Below, piece after piece: positions 8,332-17,943 of a stretch of 64,000 bases of DNA. Each line of letters begins with the position of its first letter. Position 1 is the stretch's first letter. A program made the position numbers and the translations under genes. The notes beneath the pieces are model-generated. The model was not told the DNA's origin. It saw only the letters and a program-made list of their open reading frames with translations, and searched no databases. Source of the DNA: Nitrospirota bacterium (GTDB lineage Bacteria > Nitrospirota > Thermodesulfovibrionia > Thermodesulfovibrionales > Magnetobacteriaceae); NCBI GenBank assembly GCA_015233895.1, contig JADFXG010000011.1:37212-101211 (forward strand). The letters run 5' to 3'.

Positions 8332-8359
8332 GCAGGGGCGAATAATTATTCGCCCCTGC
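8332..8359. repeat. Perfect 28-bp palindrome GCAGGGGCGAATAATTATTCGCCCCTGC
   Basis: Read directly from the sequence. It is followed by TTTT on the + strand. It is intergenic, between the NHLP-like gene and the membrane protein gene. Confidence 0.9.
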
Positions 8360-8476
8360 TTTTGACGGAGCCAACAAAGTTAGGTGATAGAATGCAACTC
8401 GTTATAACAGTATGATTTTTATCATGGATACGGCTTACAGGCAAGTGGTAAGATAAGATAAAAAACAGGAGGACAC

Positions 8477-8893
8477 ATGGATAAGTTTGTAAGGAATTTT
8501 ATAGTGATGAGTATAGTGTATTTATGTGTAGCGGCACTTATGGGAGTGTTGATGCTTAGCAGCCCCAAATTTCTTGAATTTAAGTTTGCACATTCCCACT
8601 TCATGCTTCTTGGATGGGTATCAATGATGATATATGGAGTAGGGTATCATATCTTGCCTAGGTTTTCCGGGCGGCCGTTAAAGAGTGTAAAAATTGGTGA
8701 AATTCAATTTTGGTTAGCCAACATTGGGCTTATCGGCATGGCAGTTTTCTATTCCCCATGTCAGTATGTATCTTCATGTCAGTGGTTTTTGGGACTTGCT
8801 CCTGTGTTTGGTTTTATAGAATTTATTTCAATAGCTCTGTTTTTCTACAATATGCTTGCCACACTTTTAGCAAAAACGCCGGGACAGCCATAA
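8477..8893 (+). CDS. Small 4-TM membrane protein of unknown function
   Basis: AGGAGG RBS and four hydrophobic helices. The histidine-containing motif AHSHFMLLGW...GYHILPRFSG is loosely reminiscent of NnrS / heme-copper-oxidase-subunit-I-like membrane proteins. That similarity is weak. Confidence 0.6.
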   Translation: MDKFVRNFIVMSIVYLCVAALMGVLMLSSPKFLEFKFAHSHFMLLGWVSMMIYGVGYHILPRFSGRPLKSVKIGEIQFWLANIGLIGMAVFYSPCQYVSSCQWFLGLAPVFGFIEFISIALFFYNMLATLLAKTPGQP

Positions 8894-8917
8894 GCAAAAG
8901 ATGTCCTGTACTTCAGT

Positions 8918-8943
8918 AATTTCTCTGGCGCTACAGAGAAATT
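8918..8943 (+). terminator. Hairpin after the membrane protein gene (no clear U-tract)
   Basis: AATTTCTCTG (8918-8927), loop GCGCTA, then CAGAGAAATT (8934-8943). Confidence 0.3.
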
Positions 8944-9087
8944 CTGAGAGTATCACTTAAAAGATAGAAATGTGTTATATTAGTTCGCAGCGAATAACAT
9001 ATAACTTTATAATAATATATATGTTAGTATATGTTAAGATAGACGATAGCTTCAAGAAATAAACGGAATAATAACTGACCCTCTAAA

Positions 9088-12078
9088 ATGCTAAAGAAGT
9101 TTATAACTATTATATTGTTAACATCCATCTTGCCTATATCCATAAGCGGGATTGTCATCTATCATCACTTCAAGGATAGTTTGATGAAATCCCTGGAAAA
9201 TCAATTACGTACAACATCGGCTATCCAGGAATCCAGAATCAGTATACTATTTGACAGATTTTCCGACGATGTTAGGATGATTGCAAACAGACCAAATATG
9301 AAAAAACAATTAGCATTATACGCCAAAAACAGGGATGCAGAATCAAAGAATAATCTGGCAAAAGTACTGAATGAACTGATGGGTACCATCCCGGTATTTC
9401 ACGAAATATCGCTTGTCGGCATAAACGGCGAAGTGCTTTATTCAACTGATAACTCTCGAATTGGAAAACAAATCGATAGTGAACGATTTATGGCAAAAAG
9501 CCATAAAGAGTGCGGAATTATAGATACCATTAAGGGTAAAGATAACAACACCGACATTTGGTTTTCCTGTCCGTTGCTCATGGATGACAATCTGACAGGT
9601 TTTGTAAGTGCTATATTGGATGGGAATTACCTGACCGACATTACGGGCGATTACACGGGGTTAGGAAAAACTGGTGAAACAGTGCTGGCAAAAAGAGACG
9701 AAAACGGCGATGCGTTATTTATAATCCCCCTGCGCAAAAACAAAAACGCAGCCTTTGTTCTTAAAATACCTAAAGACGACACTAACACTCTTATAACTCA
9801 GGCATTGCTTAAAAGACAAAACGTCTATAGCAATTATGTAGATTACACGGGGGCTGAGGTAATAGGTATCACGCGTTATATAGCTCAGGCAGACTGGGGA
9901 GCAGTTGTTAAAATTGACAAGGCCGAGTTTATGGAGCCATTGGTTCGATTAAGAAACTTTTTAATCATAAGTTATATCATGCTAATAGGCTTCATACTAC
10001 TTACTTTAGTATATCTTGTTAAACATATAACCGGGCCGTTAACTCATCTGACAAAAATAGCCACACAAATTTCAGAAGGAGATATCTCCCAAAGGATTGA
10101 AATAAAAGCTGACGGCGAGATTGGGATTTTATCCACGACGTTTAACAATATGCTCGATAGAATCAAGACGATGCATACGTCGATAGAAAATAAATTCACA
10201 GACCTTAATGCTATTATTAATACTTTGCCGGGTATTTTTTACCTTACTGATAAAGAAGGGAAAATCCTTATGCGCAACAATAACTTAATGGAGGTGACGG
10301 GCTATAGCTCTGAGGAGATAAATAATATGTCCGTAGCCGATTTCTTCATCGAGGATGATAAAAACTGCGCAAATAAAATATTTCAGAAGGTAATCGTAAC
10401 CGGCAGGGCAGACCACGAGCTATTATTAGCGACAAAGGACAATAAGCGGATTCCATATTATTTTATTCTCTCGTTAGTCCGGCAAAATGAAAAGGTTGAC
10501 ATAGTATTTATAGGCGTAGATATTTCTGAGCGCGTCCAAATGGAAAACGAACTGGAGGAATTCAGGCAGCACTTGCAAGAACTTGTGGGTCATAAGACTT
10601 TAGAAATAATAACAATTAACGAACAATTGGAACATGAGATAAAAAAACGTATTACAAACGAAAACGAATTAAAAGAAAAAGAAGAGTTACTTCGCCTTAT
10701 TACAGATTCTCTGCCGGTACTGATTGCTTATATAGACAAAGAAACCCGCTACCGATTTGCCAATAAACTCTACGAGGACTGGTTTGGGTACTCAAATGCT
10801 GAGATATTAGGCAAGCGCTCCAGAGAGATAGTAGGGCAAGACTATTACGAGTCCATAGTAGATAATCTGATAGCTGCGTTATCAGGACAGATGATGCAAT
10901 TTGACAGATCCGTGAGGCTAAGAAACGGAACACTGAAGGTTATTGCGGTAAAGTATATCCCTCACTTCGATGCAAAAAATGGAAATGTTAACGGTATCTT
11001 TGTTATGGCACACGACATCACTGAACTGAAGAATACCGAACTGGCGCTTAGAGAAAGTGAAGAGCGTTTTCGCAGGATATTTGAGGACAGCCCAATTGGA
11101 ATAGCCATAACGGACAGCAACGACTATTTTATTAAGGTCAACAATACAATGTGCCAGATGCTGGGATATACTGAGGACGAATTTAAAACGCTCTCATATC
11201 ATGAATTAACTCACAGGGAATATCTCGACGAGCATAATGAACTTGTAAGTAAATTGAAAAAAGCCATTATCCCAGCATATAAAACAGAGAAATACTACGT
11301 TACGAAAAATGGAGAGGTAATATGGGTAAACGTTATTGCTAATTTGATAAGGGATGAGAAGGGCGCTGTTGTGTATGGGATCAAGATGGTAGAAAATATT
11401 ACGCATCGCAAGGAAATGGAGAAGAAAATTACCTCATATACGGAACAACTGGAGTCATTGGTTCACCAACGAACACTGGTATTGCTGGATAGCCTCGAAA
11501 AACTTCGCTCCCACACTAACGCTATAATACAAGCCATGTGCACTGCCGTAGAGGCCAGAGACCCATACACAGCAGGACATCAACTCAGGGTAAGCAAATT
11601 GTCCTGCGCCATAGCAGAGGAAATGGGACTTAGCGATGAACAGATACAAGGTGTGTTGTTGTCATCCTCAATACACGACCTGGGTAAGATATATGTGCCC
11701 TCTGAGATACTCAGCAGGCCGGGCAAGTTGAAGACATCAGAGTTTAATCTTATCAAAGAGCATTCGCAAATCGGTTATGACATTTTAAAAGGCATAGATT
11801 TTTCTTATCCGGTTGCTCAGATAGTGTTGCAGCACCATGAACGAATGGACGGTTCAGGCTATCCATTTGGACTTAAGGGTGACGAAATTCTGTTAGAGGC
11901 AAGGATAATCTGCGTTTCGGATGTGGTTGAGGCTATGGCTAACCACAGGCCTTATCGTGCCGCTCTGGGAGTAGATAAGGCGATGGAGGAGATAGCAAAA
12001 AGTAGTGGTTCTTTATATGACAGTGATGTTGTTTCTGCCTGTGTCTCTGTGTTTAAGAATGGCTTTAATTTTACGTAA
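9088..12078 (+). CDS. Sensor c-di-GMP phosphodiesterase: periplasmic Cache-like domain, HAMP, three PAS domains, HD-GYP
   Basis: Two TM segments flank a periplasmic region of about 270 aa. HAMP is ITGPLTHLTKIATQISEGDISQRI...GILSTTFNNMLDRI. PAS S-box-like repeats are separated by coiled coils. The C-terminus has HQLRVS...HDLGK...HHERMDGSGYP (HD-GYP). Confidence 0.85.
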   Translation: MLKKFITIILLTSILPISISGIVIYHHFKDSLMKSLENQLRTTSAIQESRISILFDRFSDDVRMIANRPNMKKQLALYAKNRDAESKNNLAKVLNELMGTIPVFHEISLVGINGEVLYSTDNSRIGKQIDSERFMAKSHKECGIIDTIKGKDNNTDIWFSCPLLMDDNLTGFVSAILDGNYLTDITGDYTGLGKTGETVLAKRDENGDALFIIPLRKNKNAAFVLKIPKDDTNTLITQALLKRQNVYSNYVDYTGAEVIGITRYIAQADWGAVVKIDKAEFMEPLVRLRNFLIISYIMLIGFILLTLVYLVKHITGPLTHLTKIATQISEGDISQRIEIKADGEIGILSTTFNNMLDRIKTMHTSIENKFTDLNAIINTLPGIFYLTDKEGKILMRNNNLMEVTGYSSEEINNMSVADFFIEDDKNCANKIFQKVIVTGRADHELLLATKDNKRIPYYFILSLVRQNEKVDIVFIGVDISERVQMENELEEFRQHLQELVGHKTLEIITINEQLEHEIKKRITNENELKEKEELLRLITDSLPVLIAYIDKETRYRFANKLYEDWFGYSNAEILGKRSREIVGQDYYESIVDNLIAALSGQMMQFDRSVRLRNGTLKVIAVKYIPHFDAKNGNVNGIFVMAHDITELKNTELALRESEERFRRIFEDSPIGIAITDSNDYFIKVNNTMCQMLGYTEDEFKTLSYHELTHREYLDEHNELVSKLKKAIIPAYKTEKYYVTKNGEVIWVNVIANLIRDEKGAVVYGIKMVENITHRKEMEKKITSYTEQLESLVHQRTLVLLDSLEKLRSHTNAIIQAMCTAVEARDPYTAGHQLRVSKLSCAIAEEMGLSDEQIQGVLLSSSIHDLGKIYVPSEILSRPGKLKTSEFNLIKEHSQIGYDILKGIDFSYPVAQIVLQHHERMDGSGYPFGLKGDEILLEARIICVSDVVEAMANHRPYRAALGVDKAMEEIAKSSGSLYDSDVVSACVSVFKNGFNFT

Positions 12079-12138
12079 ACGATCCTATAACATGAAAAAA
12101 TACAAAACATTAATTCTGCATATTTTCTGCAATCATAA

Positions 12139-12167
12139 TTGACGATTTGTTAAGATGTTGATATAAT
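12139..12167 (+). promoter_or_regulatory. Candidate sigma70-type promoter of the DUF262 operon
   Basis: TTGACG (12139-12144), a 17-nt spacer, then TATAAT (12162-12167), about 50 nt upstream of the ATG at 12220. Confidence 0.5.
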
Positions 12168-12219
12168 TCTATATACAGGATGTGACACTAAGTCTTTGTG
12201 ATTTTTAAGGGGTGCTGTT

Positions 12220-13356
12220 ATGAAAGATGACGATAACGACAGGTTGATAGCAGATGATGGCAGTACCGGCATAGAGTGTGAGGATACTGGGGATACTCAT
12301 AAAGCTGAACCATACAATCCTGCCAAAGTTCGGGTCTCGACCAAGCCAACGATTTTGGCGGCTATAAGAGACAGACTTATGCATAATGAAATAGACTTAA
12401 AACCTGGTTTTCAGAGAGAATTTGTTTGGAATGAAACCGCTCAGAGCAGACTTATCGAATCTATGATGATAAAGATACCTATTCCTGCTTTTTATATGGA
12501 CGCAACCGATGAGGACAGATGGTTGGTTGTAGATGGACTGCAGCGTCTAAGCACAATAAAAAGGTTTGTAATAGATAAGGATTTGAAATTAACAAAACTT
12601 GAATTTTTGAAGGAACATGAAAAAAAAACCTTTGATGAATTGCCGCATAATTTCCAAAGACGAATAAATGAAACGGAGTTTACAGTTTTTTTAATAGAAA
12701 AGGGAACGCCGGGTAACGTAAAATTTAACATCTTTAAAAGAATCAATACAGGTGGGGAACCACTGTCTCCTCAGGAAATCCGCCACGCACTTAACCAGGG
12801 AAAACCAGCGGATGTTTTGGCAGAGATGGCAAAGTATGAAGAGTTTAAAAAGGCTACCAATAAAAGCATTAAAGAGAAACGTATGGCAGACAGAGAGTGT
12901 GTTTTGCGTTTTATTTCATTTTATAGAAATTATCCCGAAAGCTATGTTTTTAAAGATTTTGAAAGTTTTGATTATTTTTTGAATCAATGCATGAGTGAGA
13001 TTAAAACATTGGATGACGATGTTATAACAGATATAAGAGAGAAATTCAAAAAAGTCATGGATGTAGCAAGTGAAATATTTGGAAAAGATGCTTTTAGAAA
13101 AAGGTATGATTTAAAACACGGTTTGAATCCTATAAATAAAGCGTTGTTTGAAACATGGTCAGTAAATTTAGCCAGACTTAATGACAACGAATTAGACCAG
13201 ATTAAATCACGAGCACAACAGTTAAAAGAAATATTTATGAAAAAAATGAATAAAGCGGAATTTGGAAATCTTTTTGCTTCCGGTACAGGAGATCCAACGA
13301 GGATAAAGGATAGGTTTAAGGAAATAGATGACATAATAAAGGAAGTGATAAAATGA
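12220..13356 (+). CDS. DUF262 (ParB/GmrSD N-terminal-like) domain protein without an HNH/DUF1524 domain
   Basis: IDLKPGFQREFVWNETAQSRLIESMM...IPAFYM...WLVVDGLQRLSTI (DGQQR-type motif) and FNIFKRINTGGEPLSPQEIRHAL are DUF262 hallmarks. The C-terminal half is helical and I do not recognise it. Confidence 0.75.
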   Translation: MKDDDNDRLIADDGSTGIECEDTGDTHKAEPYNPAKVRVSTKPTILAAIRDRLMHNEIDLKPGFQREFVWNETAQSRLIESMMIKIPIPAFYMDATDEDRWLVVDGLQRLSTIKRFVIDKDLKLTKLEFLKEHEKKTFDELPHNFQRRINETEFTVFLIEKGTPGNVKFNIFKRINTGGEPLSPQEIRHALNQGKPADVLAEMAKYEEFKKATNKSIKEKRMADRECVLRFISFYRNYPESYVFKDFESFDYFLNQCMSEIKTLDDDVITDIREKFKKVMDVASEIFGKDAFRKRYDLKHGLNPINKALFETWSVNLARLNDNELDQIKSRAQQLKEIFMKKMNKAEFGNLFASGTGDPTRIKDRFKEIDDIIKEVIK

Positions 13357-14545
13357 TAAAATCTTTAGAAATACATAATTTTAACTGCTTTAAAGAGCAG
13401 AAGATAGAATTTAGAAATCTTACTTTGCTAACCGGCTTAAACGGTATGGGGAAATCAACCGTTTTACAGGCTATGTTGTTATTACGGCAGTCTTATATGA
13501 TGGGGTTGCAACAACCTTTGGCCGATACTGAGAGAGGTGGGTTATCATTAAATGGTGGTTTGGTAAAGATAGGCCAGGCAAAGGATGCCATGTATGAGGG
13601 TGCTGAGGATGATAGAATAGGCTTTGAATTAAAATACACAGGAGGTGGAGATAAAAGAGTTGTTTGGTTTTTTGAGTATGACCGGAATTCCGACGTCTTG
13701 CAGCTTGTCAAAGATAGTGGGACAGTATATCCGGATGGACGGGAGAGGTTATTTCATAATAATTTTCAGTATTTACAAGCGGAGAGAATAGGGCCAAGGA
13801 TAACGTACGAAATGTCGGATTACATGGTAAGAAAATTAAAATGGCTTGGTACAAGTGGGGAATTTACAGCACATTTCCTTGCTATTCATGGTGATAAATT
13901 AGATGTTATTGAACCGTTAAGATATAAGTCATCATTGCACACTGGTGTGACTAGGAAATTACGGAGCGTGGAAATTTCAAAAGCAACAAAATTAAAGTTT
14001 CAGGTTGAGTCATGGCTAAGTGAAATCAGGCCTGGAACACGTTTGGAAACGATTTCCGCCCCTGATATGGATGAGGTAGCATATAGGTTTTCCTTTGAAA
14101 CACAACGGTATGTTACAAATTCCTACAGGCCGACAAATGTCGGGTTTGGAATATCATATACATTACCAATTTTAGTAGCAATATTATCATCACACCCGGT
14201 GCGCTATTACTGTTAGAAAATCCTGAGGCACATCTTCATCCACGTGGACAGTTTAAATTGGCATATCTTATAGCTCTTGCTGCAAGTGCAGGTATTCAGG
14301 TAATCGTTGAGACGCATAGTGACCATATTCTTAACGCTATAAGGGTTGCTGTATGCCAAAAGGTTATTGACCCGGAAGACGTTAAAATACATTTCTTTCA
14401 ACAAAGTGAAGATATGTCAGATCTTGCCGCAGAGGTGATTTCTCCCAAATTAGACAAAAACGGTAGAATCAGTGACTGGCCCCGAGATTTTTTTGATGAG
14501 TGGGATAAGGCTCTTGAGATATTAATAAATGAAGGGGATATTTAA
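13353..14545 (+). pseudogene. AAA/ABC-type ATPase with C-terminal DUF3696, split by a 1-nt frameshift (ORFs 13353..14216 and 14258..14545)
   Basis: The N-terminus is IHNFNCFKEQKIEFRNLTLLTGLNGMGKST (Walker A). Reading 14195 onward in the -1 frame gives PGALLLLENPEAHLHPRGQFKLAYLIALAASAGIQVIVETHSDHIL...DWPRDFFDEW (Walker B/D-loop plus DUF3696). Restoring one C in the CCC run at 14195-14197 gives the continuous ...AILSSHPGALLLLENPEAHLHP. An ATGA overlap couples it to the upstream gene. Confidence 0.7.
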
Positions 14546-14547
14546 CA

Positions 14548-15498
14548 TTGGCTCTTGATTTAGTTTTTAATGAGTTATTATTCACACCGTTAGCTAAAAG
14601 TGTTTATGAAGCAAAAGAAAGGATTAAGACTTTTGTTGATTCTATTGTTTCTATTTCAAAATTGGTTCCAACATGTCGAGTTAAAACATTGAGGGTTCAT
14701 AACAATTTCCGTGATGAGTCTGTTGCAGATAACTACAATATTTCTAAATGGTTAAGTGATTTATCAGTAGATATGGAAAGGAAACGTTACTTGAAAACTC
14801 TTTCGACTAAAATTCCGTTTACAGTGGGCTTGGATGAATATTTGATAGATAAAGTAACTTTGACAGACTGTATATTTGATAAGGCGCCAGCATTAGGACT
14901 TTCTATAGCCCATCTTTTGGATACTATTGCTGTTAGTTTTGCTTCTGATGGTATTTGGAACTCTCCGTTTTTAAAAATATCTTGTGATACCTTGTATAAT
15001 GATGAGATAGTGCCTGAAAACATAGAGGTTCGTAATGTCTCCAATTCCACCCATGTGAGCGAGCATAAACAATGGCTTGAGAAACGTTGTGTTACAAAAC
15101 CTAAAAACGGAATTGATATATGGAATAAAAGAGGAGAACTTTATCCTTTTTTGAGTTTTTGTAATAGAACTGAAGCTCAGTTAAAATCTATAGATTCCGG
15201 CAATCCGGTTATTCACCAGATTCATGAAAAATTAAATACAATAAACAAATATTTTGAAAAACATAGAAGTTTTATTAATCTGAAATTATTTAAATATCGC
15301 GTAACTACAGACAGCCCTACAACGCTTAAAAAGTATTGGCGAGAAAGAACCTTTTTCTGTCCAGATGGAGAAAACCGTCTTTTTAGTTTGCATGTCAGAT
15401 TAACACCGTTTGAAATGCGCTTGTATTTTGGGTGGGATAAGGACACTGTAATTATTGGCCATATTGGTGAGCACTTGCCAATTGTAAGTGAAAATTAA
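14548..15498 (+). CDS. Hypothetical protein, third gene of the DUF262/ATPase module
   Basis: TTG start 2 nt after the ATPase stop, with a GAAGGGG RBS. The ORF is 316 aa with no motif I recognise. The C-terminus is RLYFGWDKDTVIIGHIGEHLP. Confidence 0.55.
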   Translation: MALDLVFNELLFTPLAKSVYEAKERIKTFVDSIVSISKLVPTCRVKTLRVHNNFRDESVADNYNISKWLSDLSVDMERKRYLKTLSTKIPFTVGLDEYLIDKVTLTDCIFDKAPALGLSIAHLLDTIAVSFASDGIWNSPFLKISCDTLYNDEIVPENIEVRNVSNSTHVSEHKQWLEKRCVTKPKNGIDIWNKRGELYPFLSFCNRTEAQLKSIDSGNPVIHQIHEKLNTINKYFEKHRSFINLKLFKYRVTTDSPTTLKKYWRERTFFCPDGENRLFSLHVRLTPFEMRLYFGWDKDTVIIGHIGEHLPIVSEN

Positions 15499-15521
15499 TT
15501 CCACAATCTCAAAGTAAAACA

Positions 15522-16442
15522 ATGAAGAAATTGTCACTCTTACCCAAAAGACTTTCCCCGGGGGATAAGATCGGTGTTGTTTGTCCGTCAAACGAAATTG
15601 CTGGCCAAAAACAAACAGAGGAGCTACGAAGGGGTATTAAGTTTTTTGAAAACCTTGGATTTAAAGTTGAAAGAGGTAAGAATCTCTGTTCAGCAAATCC
15701 ACAAGACAGAGCAAATGACATAAACGAGTTTTTCTTAAACCCTGATATTAAAGCAATATTTTCGGCTCAGGGTGGCGATACATCTGAAAGGGTACTAAAG
15801 TTTATTGACTGGAGCGCAGTAAGTGAAAATCCCAAAATCTTTATGGGATTAAGCGATGTTACGGTATTTTTAAACGCAATATACACAAAAACCTCACTTA
15901 TCCCATTTCACGGCGGCGATGTCAGATACCACTACGGTAAAAACCCTACTGAATACGATAAGACAGAGTTTACAGACCGCCTTATCAACGGCTGTACCGG
16001 CAAAATAAATCCCTCAGGTGACAGAAAAACTATCCGAGGTGGCAAGGGTTCAGGGAACCTTCTGGGCGGTAACCTCAGATGTCTCCTTAAACTTGTTGAT
16101 ACACCGTTTTGGCCTGACTTTACCGGAGCAATCCTTATGCTTGAAGCCCTGACAATGGATGAATTACGCTGTGTTGAGTATCTTAAAATTTTGCGACAAA
16201 AAGGAGTCTTTGATAAAATCTCCGGAGTGATTGTTGGCTTTGTCTATTCGATGGAGATTGAAAAGCCTGATGCGCCGCAGATGGAGGATATTTTGTTAAT
16301 GGAAACCAGAGACTATAATTTCCCAATTCTAAAGGTAAGGGACTTTGGCCACGGCTGCCCCAACACGGTTTTACCCATAGGCGCCCAGATAGAACTTAAT
16401 GCCGATAATCTAACCTATAAGATAGTAAGCAATGTCATTTAG
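15522..16442 (+). CDS. LD-carboxypeptidase / MccF-like S66 peptidase
   Basis: LSPGDKIGVVCPS at the N-terminus, the nucleophile motif FMGLSDVTVFLNAI, and the C-terminal DFGHGCPNTVLPIG motif. Confidence 0.8.
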   Translation: MKKLSLLPKRLSPGDKIGVVCPSNEIAGQKQTEELRRGIKFFENLGFKVERGKNLCSANPQDRANDINEFFLNPDIKAIFSAQGGDTSERVLKFIDWSAVSENPKIFMGLSDVTVFLNAIYTKTSLIPFHGGDVRYHYGKNPTEYDKTEFTDRLINGCTGKINPSGDRKTIRGGKGSGNLLGGNLRCLLKLVDTPFWPDFTGAILMLEALTMDELRCVEYLKILRQKGVFDKISGVIVGFVYSMEIEKPDAPQMEDILLMETRDYNFPILKVRDFGHGCPNTVLPIGAQIELNADNLTYKIVSNVI

Positions 16443-16466
16443 GAAAAACCCACTCTGGTATTAGAT

Positions 16467-16754
16467 TTAGCAGCAGCCTGAGCTTTCCGAGCATCCGCAT
16501 GTTGGCTCCCCGCCTCTTATAATACTGTTAATTAGCGCAGTAGCACATCCCACGCCTCTTTGCACACTTAAAGCTCCAAAGGCACAATTTGTTACGCACG
16601 CTCCACACTCCATACACTTGTCACTGTCTGAGATTTCGGCTTTTCCTGCCTTTATTTCAAACACCTCGTGAGGACACACGTTTACACACATGCCGCAGCC
16701 GGTACATTTGTCTGCATAAAACTCAAGAGTTGATACATTTGACAGATATTTCAT
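16467..16754 (-). CDS. hgcB: HgcB, mercury-methylation 2x[4Fe-4S] ferredoxin
   Basis: CTGCGMCVNVCP and CMECGACVTNC clusters, VGCATALINSII, and a C-terminal Cys-rich tail ending CC. I prefer the start MKYLSNV at 16754 (ATGA overlap with the hgcA stop, GGAGGG upstream). The ORF track starts 4 codons earlier at 16766. Confidence 0.85.
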   Translation of the reverse strand: MKYLSNVSTLEFYADKCTGCGMCVNVCPHEVFEIKAGKAEISDSDKCMECGACVTNCAFGALSVQRGVGCATALINSIIRGGEPTCGCSESSGCC

Positions 16755-17929
16755 AAAACCCTCCATTGGTTTACCTTATAGAGCGCCAGTACGACGACGC
16801 TTATAACTGCCGATGCTATATAAAGCGGTACGGCATATTTTAATTCCTTCTTAACTCCCGACATACCGGTAAAAGTGGTAGCACCGGTAAACTGCAAAGT
16901 TACGTAAGAACTTATCATAGGGAAAAGTACATACGCAAAAACAGTTAGCTCAAAAGTCGTGCTGTTTAGCCAGGAAAACAACAACCTAAAAATCCAGACC
17001 ATAAAAATACCAACTATCCAGCCCTTTACGGCAAAAGATTTAAACGGTATGGCAGGTAGTAGCAACGGCGTTATGAATGCTCCTGAGAGTATTGCAATCA
17101 AACCAAAAATAAAAAACGGAAACGCTCCCTTTATAGCAGTGGCAAAGTTAATACCCGACATAGACACACCAAAAAATAAAAACATTACCACTGCAAAGAC
17201 TGCAAAGATACGCATTGATGGGATTATTTCCATAGGAGTTAGGACTAATCTGTCAATCATTGAAAAGCTCACATTACGCATGGCTTTTGTCGCTACACAG
17301 CCGGATCTAATATAATCCTTAAGGTCACAGGCATATACAGGGCCAAAAAGCACCTGAAACCCAGTGGCTTTCTTAACCGTATGGGCACTGACTCCGGGAG
17401 CGCCAAGTTGAGGCACTATGATTTTTCTATGGGTTACTATGCTTGTTAGTTGAATTTTTAAAATTCTGTTAATCATCTCCTCAGTACCAAATGTTCCCTT
17501 ACCTGCCGCACACCACACATTAATCCCCTTGGTATCCAAAACCATTATCCACACGTTTTCGCCGCTGAGAGACTCTCTGACTTTATCAAAGGTGAGTTTA
17601 TAATTTGCCGTAACAACGACATGTGAGTTTTGATCAGGCTCTCCAACGGCATATAGTCCCGGAGTTACCGTGTAACTGTTTCTAAAGCCGCTTATTCTGC
17701 AAAGTAGGTGTTCTAAAAGCTCAGACTTTGTAATCTCTGTTGACACCTTGTAAGCAATACAGGCAGGAGTGTTAACAGTTCCGGTTATCCATTTCTTATG
17801 TTGTAGGGTTGCCTCCGGAACTGCTAGGACAGGCTTTTCAGCATTACAACCACAGCCTGTGCTACTATGTTTTGGCACACAGCATTCATTTTTTAGATTT
17901 GCGGTATCCAGTGACTTATCTTTTTCCAT
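16751..17929 (-). CDS. hgcA: HgcA, mercury-methylation corrinoid protein with C-terminal TM domain
   Basis: It has the diagnostic cap-helix motif GINVWCAAGKGTFGT, preceded by VVTANYKLTFD and followed by PQLGAPGVSAH. The C-terminus has about 5 TM helices. AGGAGA RBS. Confidence 0.9.
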   Translation of the reverse strand: MEKDKSLDTANLKNECCVPKHSSTGCGCNAEKPVLAVPEATLQHKKWITGTVNTPACIAYKVSTEITKSELLEHLLCRISGFRNSYTVTPGLYAVGEPDQNSHVVVTANYKLTFDKVRESLSGENVWIMVLDTKGINVWCAAGKGTFGTEEMINRILKIQLTSIVTHRKIIVPQLGAPGVSAHTVKKATGFQVLFGPVYACDLKDYIRSGCVATKAMRNVSFSMIDRLVLTPMEIIPSMRIFAVFAVVMFLFFGVSMSGINFATAIKGAFPFFIFGLIAILSGAFITPLLLPAIPFKSFAVKGWIVGIFMVWIFRLLFSWLNSTTFELTVFAYVLFPMISSYVTLQFTGATTFTGMSGVKKELKYAVPLYIASAVISVVVLALYKVNQWRVL

Positions 17930-17943
17930 AATTTTTGTTCTCC

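Noticed and set aside
12220-15498. Evidence that the defence-like module is on a mobile element
   Set aside because: I found no integrase, transposase, tRNA attachment site or flanking direct repeats within the window. The lower GC content is only a visual impression. I make no mobile-element call.
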